From Candidatus Sysuiplasma acidicola (GTDB taxonomy: Archaea; Thermoplasmatota; Thermoplasmata; Sysuiplasmatales; Sysuiplasmataceae): DNA of 64,000 bases. Made by a program: the position numbers and the translations under genes. Within the stretch, counting starts at the first letter, position 1. Every line of letters starts with the position of its first letter. Under the pieces are notes generated by a model. That model did not search any database. It was not told where the DNA came from and saw nothing but the letters and a program-made list of their open reading frames with translations. Shown piece by piece: positions 57,095 to 64,000 of the stretch. The stretch spans positions 76,020 through 140,019 of the forward strand of contig JAHEAA010000002.1 of NCBI GenBank assembly GCA_019721035.1. The letters are read 5' to 3'.

Positions 57095-58713
57095 AGCTGG
57101 ATTCGCGTCACATCGAGTTCCAATCCGACGACCGGATTAAACAGGTTGAAGTTGGTAATGACTTCCGGGTGTATTTCTCCCACATACCCTATCGCTTCAA
57201 CTCCATCACTTATGCGCATTTGCCTGCCTTCGATGAATCTCGGATCTGTCGATTCGGAGTATGTGAGGTTCAGCCTCAAATCTCTTCCTATCGCGTCAAT
57301 CAGTGATTTCGATTCTGAAAACGTGGCGCGCGGATGCGTATTGAGCGATGCGAGGAAGAGCCTGCGTTCAGGTGTCTGAACATGGCCTATCTCGAAAACC
57401 CTCTGCGGAAGTTCATTGTGCTTGTTCGCTTCGAGCAGCCTGAACAGGCCAGGAAGCAGCGATGTTCTCATAATCTCTGTATCCTCGGTAACGGGATTGA
57501 GTACTCTCACCACACCGGTGGGCTCAGTCCGCATCATCTTGAAGTTGGAGCTGACCGAAGCGAGCAGGAGCGTGATGCAGTGGATATATCCGTAGCCGGA
57601 CATGAGTTCCGATAGCACGTCTGAAAGTTTCGTCGAGGGAAGCAATTCGCCGTTTGTCTGATGCGCCGGCATGGACTTGCCGAACGATTCGAAACCATGC
57701 GCTATTGCAATATCCTCCGCAAGGTCCACCTCATGAAGCACGTCCATTCGATACGGCGGAACGCCTGCGGTGATGAAATCTCCATCTGGCTCGGCCGAGT
57801 GACCCATCCGCCTCAGGTGTTCTGCGTTCTCGTCGTCGGTGAGCTTGATGCCGGTGACTGCATTAATCCGCCGGGAAGTTGTCTGCATACGCCTGAAGCT
57901 CATGTCGGGAGATGTTGAGGAGTCATCGCCACGCAGGATCGACACGGACTCGATGGAAGCACCTCTGTCCGCAAGGTTTGAGCACAATATATTGAGCACA
58001 CCCGCGCATGCAGTCCTGCTGGTGCCAGTCACATCGATAAACATGTCCCTGGTATTTTCGTCCAGCACCGTTACAGTTCCGTTTATTATCGGCGGCATCG
58101 AGAGGACCGCTCCATTTGCGTCCGCAAGCACGGGATAAGGCCCCTGTCCCACGATCCGGCCATATTCCCTGCCCTTCTCATGCTTCAGCACAATATCTCC
58201 TAGCGAAAGTTCTTCATCCATGCCGAGCGGTGTGAAGCGAACTTCATCAGCAGCCATTGCCGCATACGTAAACGGAGGTTTCACTGTCCGCACGTTGTGG
58301 AGACCGATCGATACCTTTCTTCTGCGCCTGCCCACGGTGAGATGCAATTTCTCCTGAAGTTCGATGAGCGATCTGAGGGCACCGTTAGAAAGGTCGACAT
58401 GGCGTGCAACCGCACAGACAATAACCGGCCTTACTGCTTCAACAGACCTGTCAACGGTGAGATTGATTGCGCCGGTCTTCACATCATATTGTCTGACTTT
58501 CCGGTTCCCGTGGAGAAAGGAGAGCGTCCGGGCAATGCCCTCAACGGAGTAGTGGTCAGGCCTGTTCGGGAAGAACTCAAACCGCATACAGTCGGCCTCC
58601 ATGCCCTCAAAGCTGGCTCCTGTCATGGGAATAACCGATGCAAACCAGTCTGAGTCCCTGTTAATACCGGAAAGTCTCACGAGCTCATCGAGCCTTATGT
58701 CGATTACGGGCAT
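57085..58713 (-). CDS. pheT: Phenylalanyl-tRNA synthetase beta subunit (archaeal/eukaryotic type)
   Basis: MPVIDIRLDEL N-terminus, B3/4 and B5 domains; about 542 aa, typical of archaeal PheT. Confidence 0.9.
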   Translation of the reverse strand: MPVIDIRLDELVRLSGINRDSDWFASVIPMTGASFEGMEADCMRFEFFPNRPDHYSVEGIARTLSFLHGNRKVRQYDVKTGAINLTVDRSVEAVRPVIVCAVARHVDLSNGALRSLIELQEKLHLTVGRRRRKVSIGLHNVRTVKPPFTYAAMAADEVRFTPLGMDEELSLGDIVLKHEKGREYGRIVGQGPYPVLADANGAVLSMPPIINGTVTVLDENTRDMFIDVTGTSRTACAGVLNILCSNLADRGASIESVSILRGDDSSTSPDMSFRRMQTTSRRINAVTGIKLTDDENAEHLRRMGHSAEPDGDFITAGVPPYRMDVLHEVDLAEDIAIAHGFESFGKSMPAHQTNGELLPSTKLSDVLSELMSGYGYIHCITLLLASVSSNFKMMRTEPTGVVRVLNPVTEDTEIMRTSLLPGLFRLLEANKHNELPQRVFEIGHVQTPERRLFLASLNTHPRATFSESKSLIDAIGRDLRLNLTYSESTDPRFIEGRQMRISDGVEAIGYVGEIHPEVITNFNLFNPVVGLELDVTRIQLLR

Positions 58714-58850
58714 TCTCTCACCCATCAACTGTTGGTTATATTTTAATTTATGAGGTTGTCACCCCCCACAGACCCCCCTGAGAGCACATGCGGCACACCG
58801 CCAGTTTAAAATGCAATGCAATTATAGCGAACACCATTGAGGGAAATGAC

Positions 58851-59657
58851 ATGAAGATCGCAGTAATCGGCGCGGGAAAGATAGGTGAGGCAGTCGCTCG
58901 ATGCCTGGCGTCGTCTGCAATTGCAGACAGCGTAACAGTGACCAAGCGTAATACGTCCACGCTGAAATTCAGCGACAGGAAGGTCAGGGTAATTTCGGAC
59001 AATGCGGAGGCAGCGTCGAAGTCCGACGTGGTTATCATTGCCGTCAAACCGGGTGACGCCAGAGCGGTGCTCACAAAGATTGCCGAGCACACGGAAGGGA
59101 AAATTGTCATTTCACTGATGGCGGCCATAAAAATAGACAGGCTGCAGTCGGTGCTGCCCGGAAGCAAGATAGTCAGAGCAATGCCGAATATTGCCGCGAC
59201 CATAGGGGAATCCATGACAGCCTACGCCATGGGCGGAGGGTTCAGCGCAGCAGATGCGAAAAAGGCCACAGATGTGTTGGGCACATTCGGCGAGTTCATT
59301 CAGGTCAATGAATCGCTGATGGATGCAATAACCGCTCTTTCCGGAAGCGGACCTGCCTATATAGCAATCATCATAGATGCACTTGTCAGTGCGGGCCTGA
59401 AGGTCGGCATACCAAGAGATGTTGCTTTCAGGCTCGTTGCCAAGACGCTGACAGGCACGGCGAACCTGCTCTCGAGCCACCCTGTTCATCCGGCAGAGCT
59501 GCGCGACGCCGTAACCACACCGGCGGGGACGACGATTGCAGGCATCTATGAACTGGAAAAAGGTTCCGTCAGGACCAGCATAATGAACGCGGTCGACGCC
59601 GCTACAGAAGCGTCCAGGAAAGTTGCTGCAACATTCGACTCGGCATTTGAACCATAG
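58851..59657 (+). CDS. proC: Pyrroline-5-carboxylate reductase
   Basis: MKIAVIGAGKIGEAV NAD(P) motif and C-terminal dimerisation domain (SGSGPAYIAIIIDAL). The supplied ORF has 21 extra codons. Confidence 0.85.
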   Translation: MKIAVIGAGKIGEAVARCLASSAIADSVTVTKRNTSTLKFSDRKVRVISDNAEAASKSDVVIIAVKPGDARAVLTKIAEHTEGKIVISLMAAIKIDRLQSVLPGSKIVRAMPNIAATIGESMTAYAMGGGFSAADAKKATDVLGTFGEFIQVNESLMDAITALSGSGPAYIAIIIDALVSAGLKVGIPRDVAFRLVAKTLTGTANLLSSHPVHPAELRDAVTTPAGTTIAGIYELEKGSVRTSIMNAVDAATEASRKVAATFDSAFEP

Positions 59658-59688
59658 AAGCTGTCTCGGGTGCGGAATGTCACACTGA

Positions 59689-60708
59689 TTACACTATCAG
59701 CGAAAGGTCACCAAACTCATGCCAGCTGTAACCTATCTCCTTTGCGACTGAGTAGGCTGACAGGAGTGTTGAATCGTCGACAAGGGCGGAAACCATATCC
59801 ACATGGGAACCGTCCGGTTCATGCAGACCGGTTATGAGGCCGTCTATCATGCCGAATCTGAAACCCGGCGTGATGTAGATGTCGGTCCTTCCATGAATGG
59901 GCTTTCTGCCTGAGATTGCACATGATTCCAGCGCTCTCGCAACAGTGGTACCCACTGCCAGAACGCGACCGCCCTCTTCGTGCGTTTTCTGAATTTGTTC
60001 AAGCGTCCTCCTGCTAACTGCGTATTCCTCATCGAGCAGCCTGGTCGCGTTTTCGAATTCTGATGACTCAAGAGAAGAAAGATTGCAATGCAGAGTAATT
60101 GTGGCAAAACGCACCCCATTCTTCTCCAGCGACTGCATCACCCTTTGGGTAAATGGCCGCGACGCAGAAGGAAATTCGACGGAGCCAGGCAGCGACGAGA
60201 AAACAGTATCGTATGTTTCCGGAGGTAGATCGAAAGGTATGTGACCGTATCTTATATACTGCCCGAATTTGCTCATCACAGACGTGAATTCGAAGTAATC
60301 CGCAGGCTCAACCCACCAGTACCTGTGGAAGAGACTGTGCCTTTTCACCAGTTTCACTCCCGTAGATTCAGGCACTGTCAGTGCTATTTCTCTTTCCGAC
60401 AGTAATTCACCTATGTTCCGCGGACGCGGCTCGCACAGCATCATCCCGTGCACTGAACTCGTGCCGAAATTCAGTTTGCCTCTTCGGCCGCTCTCCGTGA
60501 AGAATACGTTGAGTGAAGACGGAATCATGAGTGAATCATTGAACACCAGAAGATCACCCGGACGAAGAAAGTCCCGCAGGCCGATGAAAGGTGATCCGCT
60601 GACCATCCCTCTGCTCCTGTCTATCGTGAGCAGTTTGACCTCGTCTTTCGCTGCGCCGTAGAATTCCGGCGGAAGGTGTGCGGTGTTGTAATCGAACATG
60701 TGTTTCAT
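59689..60708 (-). CDS. queA: S-adenosylmethionine:tRNA ribosyltransferase-isomerase (QueA) homolog
   Basis: Collinear blocks versus E. coli QueA: PGDLLVFNDSLMIPSSL / PGDLLVFNNTRVIPARL; ATITLHCNLSSLE / AFVTLHVGAGTFQP; RVLAVGTTVARALES / RVIAVGTTSVRSLES; IYITPGFRFGMIDGLITGLHEPDGSHVDMVSA / [32 protein letters not shown]. Confidence 0.8.
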   Translation of the reverse strand: MKHMFDYNTAHLPPEFYGAAKDEVKLLTIDRSRGMVSGSPFIGLRDFLRPGDLLVFNDSLMIPSSLNVFFTESGRRGKLNFGTSSVHGMMLCEPRPRNIGELLSEREIALTVPESTGVKLVKRHSLFHRYWWVEPADYFEFTSVMSKFGQYIRYGHIPFDLPPETYDTVFSSLPGSVEFPSASRPFTQRVMQSLEKNGVRFATITLHCNLSSLESSEFENATRLLDEEYAVSRRTLEQIQKTHEEGGRVLAVGTTVARALESCAISGRKPIHGRTDIYITPGFRFGMIDGLITGLHEPDGSHVDMVSALVDDSTLLSAYSVAKEIGYSWHEFGDLSLIV

Positions 60709-60718
60709 AGTCTCAGCC

Positions 60719-61375
60719 TCACCTCGCCGTGAGTTGCTCACAAATCAGTTTATAGACATCTGTAGCGGCTGTATCGGGGTGCTTTAGCTGACTGACGTCC
60801 GCATCCGGGATCGCAAGCCGATGCATTTCAGTGTCCATGTCACCTGGATCTATGTTCATCGCACGCACTCCCGCTTTGGCGAGCTCGACATCAAGCACAT
60901 TGATTGCCTGGTTGAAGGCTGCCTTCGAAGCGCCATATCCTGACCATCCCGCATATGGAGTGCGCGATGCGTCGGATGTAATGTGAACGATTATGCCTTT
61001 CGCATTCATCAACGGCAGGAGCTTCTGAACAACATTGAAATTTGCGAACACATTGGACTCAAACAACCTTCTCAGTTCCATAAGATTAATCTGATCGAAT
61101 GCAGGAAGTGGAAGTTGTCCTATGGTGCCGGCATTCAGCACCAGAGCGTCGATGTAGCCAGGCTTCGCCCTGATCACGCTCCTGAGATTCAGCACGTGAT
61201 TTTCCAGCCTGATATCACATGGAACAGTACTAGCATCCGCATTTTTGTCTTCTTTCAGGGATTCCAGCAGTTGTATCCTGCGCCCGCACCCTGTAACCGA
61301 CCAGCCCTCTGCCGAGAATTTGTTGAACAAGCTTCTGCCGAGTCCGGAAGTGCAGCCGGTAACAACTGCAGACAT
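60719..61375 (-). CDS. SDR family oxidoreductase
   Basis: MSAVVTGCTSGLGRSL (TGxxxGxG), LVLNAG, YGASKAA (YxxxK). It sits 10 bp upstream of queA on the same strand. Confidence 0.75.
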   Translation of the reverse strand: MSAVVTGCTSGLGRSLFNKFSAEGWSVTGCGRRIQLLESLKEDKNADASTVPCDIRLENHVLNLRSVIRAKPGYIDALVLNAGTIGQLPLPAFDQINLMELRRLFESNVFANFNVVQKLLPLMNAKGIIVHITSDASRTPYAGWSGYGASKAAFNQAINVLDVELAKAGVRAMNIDPGDMDTEMHRLAIPDADVSQLKHPDTAATDVYKLICEQLTAR

Positions 61376-61481
61376 CTTCTCTCTGTGTTCGTTCATTGCA
61401 GACATGTAATGAGGATGGTAATTGATATTCATAAGCTTTACAGTTTAATAATTTTATAAACATGGCAGCAACCTGCGCGGC

Positions 61482-62756
61482 TCATGCTCTAAAATACAGA
61501 TAGATGTCAGCCACATTCGTGCCAGTGTCTCCAGTGTTTATGGTCGTATGGTTAGATGCGAAATATGTGCCGGTGTCAAAGTTCCTCAGAAAGGTGTATG
61601 AATCGCCGTTGGCCGATGAAAGGCCGCCGGCGGCAGATGTGTTTCCGTCTCTGCCATCCGTTGCGAATGCTGCAACAAATTCGCCCTCGCGCAATAGACC
61701 GGCGCACGACAGTGCGAAATGCTGGCACCTGCCTCCTTTCCCTTTCCTGGTAACACGTACACGCACCTCTCCTCCTCCGACGTAAAGTCCCGGCCCCTTC
61801 AGCGACGCTCGAGCATTGCCGACAAATCGCGCTGCCTCGTAGTCGACATCACCAACAAGCTTACCGGGAAATGCCAATGCCTTGTAACCTTCATAAGAAG
61901 CTGCTGCCACGGCAGATGCGACTGCCGCAGAATTGTCCGCAATTATGGTGTTGGTCGTCATGTCGAGCGATTGATCACCGGGTTTGACAGTTTCGTATCT
62001 GCCTGACAGTAAGGTCTCTTCCAACCCTTCCAAGAACTCGATTGCCCCGTATCGTCTCATCAGGGCGATCGCGTCTGATGAGGTCGTGTAGTCAGGAGAA
62101 GTCGGGCCGGAACCTATGTCTTCGAGCGAGTTTCCCATTACGTCAGAAATGATCAGTGATGTTATGCCGCGCGGATGACAAAGACGCGAAAGTTTTCCAC
62201 CCTTTATCCTTGAAAGATGTCGTCTGACGCAATTAATTTCAGATATGCTCGCTCCGGCAAGCATCATTCGTTCAGACACTGCTCTTTTCCTCTCAAGTCC
62301 CACGAAGTCGATGGGTGCTGAAAGCATCGATGAGGCTCCGCCGCTCAGCAGGAAAATAATCCGAGTGGCTTCTGAACTGTCGAGCAGCATTTCGACACAT
62401 TCATTCGTATTCTCAACAGTCGTTTCATCAGGAAAAGGATGAGAGCACTTCCGCAGGATTACGTCGCCCACATTCCCTTCGGTATTGCAATTTATCTGAC
62501 CGCGTCCAAGCGGTATGCCCGATGCCTTCAGCGCGGAAGCCATCTGTGCCGACGCTTTTCCTCCGCCGGCGCAGATTATGTCTGCGCCGGACAGAAATGA
62601 TACAAACTTTCTGCCGGCGTCGGTTGCGAGATATTCAGGTATGCAACGGGACGGATGAACTGCATGGATTGCAGACTCAAGGGACCTGCATATCAGCCCT
62701 GCCGCTGCCTCGCCTGCGAATGCTGCGAGTTCACCGAAATTTGTTATCAGACTCAT
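61482..62756 (-). CDS. Glycerate 2-kinase (MOFRL family)
   Basis: MOFRL-family architecture (ICAGGGKASAQMA, LLSGGASS, LYVGGGEVRVRV, ATDGRDG). ATG at 62756; the supplied ORF starts with TTG at 62762. Confidence 0.8.
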   Translation of the reverse strand: MSLITNFGELAAFAGEAAAGLICRSLESAIHAVHPSRCIPEYLATDAGRKFVSFLSGADIICAGGGKASAQMASALKASGIPLGRGQINCNTEGNVGDVILRKCSHPFPDETTVENTNECVEMLLDSSEATRIIFLLSGGASSMLSAPIDFVGLERKRAVSERMMLAGASISEINCVRRHLSRIKGGKLSRLCHPRGITSLIISDVMGNSLEDIGSGPTSPDYTTSSDAIALMRRYGAIEFLEGLEETLLSGRYETVKPGDQSLDMTTNTIIADNSAAVASAVAAASYEGYKALAFPGKLVGDVDYEAARFVGNARASLKGPGLYVGGGEVRVRVTRKGKGGRCQHFALSCAGLLREGEFVAAFATDGRDGNTSAAGGLSSANGDSYTFLRNFDTGTYFASNHTTINTGDTGTNVADIYLYFRA

Positions 62757-62762
62757 CTTCAA

Positions 62763-63911
62763 CTATCTTGCCATTCTTGCATGCGCCGCAGCCAGTTCAC
62801 CCTTTGACTGGGCGGCAAGCGTGGAGAGTTCTCCTGCCAGTATTACTGCCCCCATTATTTCCGCGAGTTTAAGCGCGCGTCCGCGACCGCGGCATCCCAT
62901 CAAATCGAGCGCTTCGCTCTGCGTCGGCAACGAAGTGCCGCCGCCCACTGTGCCCACTTCTAGTGCGGGAAGTCTAACGGAAATGTAGAGGCCCCCGTTA
63001 ACCTTCTCGGCCAGAGAGATTCCCATGCTTGCTTCAACAACCTGCGCGGCGTCCTGTCCGGTGGCTATGAACATGGCGGCCGCCATGTTAGCGAAATGAG
63101 AATTGAAGCCATAAGACAGGGACATGGCGCTGCCGACCATGTTCTTCCTGATCGAGGTATCGGCAATTTCGTCCGGTGTTGAATGAAGCTTCGCCTTCAC
63201 AATCCTTTCAGATATCACAGCTTCGGCGAGGACCGTCTTTCCCCTCCCCTCAAGGAAATTCATTGCAGATGGCTTCTTGTCGACGCACATGTTGCCTGAA
63301 ACAGATATCGTCTTTGCGCCTGTCTCACGCCCAATCAGGTCGCACATCTTCTGTGAGGCTATCGTCGCCATATTCATTCCCATGGCATCCTGCGTCGAGA
63401 ATGAAAAGCGCACAAACAGTGTTCTTCCGGCCATATAGGAAGTGGCTGAAAGCAACCTGCCGTGCTTCGTCGTGGAACGTGTCGCTGCCTGCAATTTTCT
63501 GAAATTACTGGAAACCCATTCTGAAACCTGAAGGGCGTGCTCAATGCCCTCTGTTATGAAGACCGGTGCTCTCGTCATCTCATCCTTTATAACACGAACG
63601 AGAGCTCCACCGGATTCCGTGACGACTGAACATCCCCTGTTGATCGTTGCAACTAGTGCCGCTTCGGTAGTCGCAAGTGGTATGAAGAAGTCACCTCTTG
63701 CATGCTCTCCTCTGACGCTCAGAGGCCCGGCGATACCCAAGGGAATCTGCGCGACACCAAGGAAATTCTCTATGTTCCTTGACGCATCTTCAGGCTCAAA
63801 TGAATGCGAAGAGGTGTGTTTCAACTTTACCCCTGTTTCCCTCTCGAGCAGGTTTCTCCTCGCGGCTGTATCAGACTTCGTTCCCCCTCGTGGAAGCGCG
63901 ATGCGATCCAT
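62763..63911 (-). CDS. hmgA: Hydroxymethylglutaryl-CoA reductase (NADPH)
   Basis: HMGR signature DAMGMNMAT plus GTVGGGT and ENFLGVAQIPLGIAGPL. It abuts the glycerate kinase gene. Confidence 0.9.
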   Translation of the reverse strand: MDRIALPRGGTKSDTAARRNLLERETGVKLKHTSSHSFEPEDASRNIENFLGVAQIPLGIAGPLSVRGEHARGDFFIPLATTEAALVATINRGCSVVTESGGALVRVIKDEMTRAPVFITEGIEHALQVSEWVSSNFRKLQAATRSTTKHGRLLSATSYMAGRTLFVRFSFSTQDAMGMNMATIASQKMCDLIGRETGAKTISVSGNMCVDKKPSAMNFLEGRGKTVLAEAVISERIVKAKLHSTPDEIADTSIRKNMVGSAMSLSYGFNSHFANMAAAMFIATGQDAAQVVEASMGISLAEKVNGGLYISVRLPALEVGTVGGGTSLPTQSEALDLMGCRGRGRALKLAEIMGAVILAGELSTLAAQSKGELAAAHARMAR

Positions 63912-64000
63912 GTCTCCTCATCATTGAAGGAGTATAAGAAAATTCAAGGAACGGCCTAGTGACGGTTGCAGCTCCATGCCGTCACTGAGATTCGGGCACA

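Noticed and set aside
1-64000. CRISPR arrays, rRNA genes, integrases or obvious defence-system operons
   Set aside because: No short direct-repeat arrays, no rRNA-like conserved blocks and no integrase/recombinase ORFs were seen. The only mobile element is the single IS66-family copy.

Overview
This 64 kb window is chromosomal DNA from an archaeon, probably a Thermoplasmata/Thermoplasmatales-like lineage. The archaeal markers are TFB, Orc1/Cdc6, r-protein L15e, fibrillarin, an archaeal-type ThrRS with N-terminal editing domain, archaeal PheT and PPAT, a class II (B12) RNR, HMG-CoA reductase, MOFRL glycerate kinase and SDR-type threonine dehydrogenase. Overall GC is about 50%, with short AT-rich intergenic promoter blocks. 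The window is densely packed with about 65 housekeeping genes, many with 4-bp ATGA-type overlaps, and apparently leaderless promoters with a TATA box about 26 bp before the ATG.

Modules present:
- ftsZ (5' partial, at the window edge).
- Aminoacyl-tRNA synthetases: thrS, asnS, pheT.
- cdc6 and gcvT.
- An IS66-family (ISBst12-like, single-ORF) insertion sequence between the cdc6 upstream region and rpl15e.
- A threonine catabolism set: tdh-kbl divergent pair, ilvA, plus gcvT and ridA elsewhere.
- metE with a MetE N-terminal-domain-like paralog.
- A tetrapyrrole operon: hemB-hemC-cobA-hemD.
- nrdJ, fibrillarin, IMPase-nadK-JAMM, deoxyhypusine synthase, HMGR-glycerate kinase.
- Three GT4 glycosyltransferases; two of them plus a DedA-like protein sit next to a heavily N-glycosylation-sequon-rich membrane-anchored FKBP.

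RNA genes: tRNA-Leu(CAG), tRNA-Leu(GAG), an intron-containing tRNA-Ser(UGA) overlapping the pheT stop codon, and a candidate RNase P RNA (rnpB) recognised by its P4 motifs.

Findings worth a second look:
- A split or duplicated ThiI: one gene with THUMP plus a degenerate PP-loop, and a distant gene with only the catalytic PP-loop domain.
- A PPAT-YjjX (DUF84 NTPase) fusion.
- A bacterial-type QueA homolog co-oriented with an SDR.
- A low-GC, tRNA-flanked islet carrying an ANT/Lnu-like nucleotidyltransferase.
- A Lys/Glu-rich in-frame N-terminal extension of L15e.
- A small C2H2 zinc-finger ORF.
- A perfect 9-bp palindrome in the metE leader.

No CRISPR array and no rRNA were seen.
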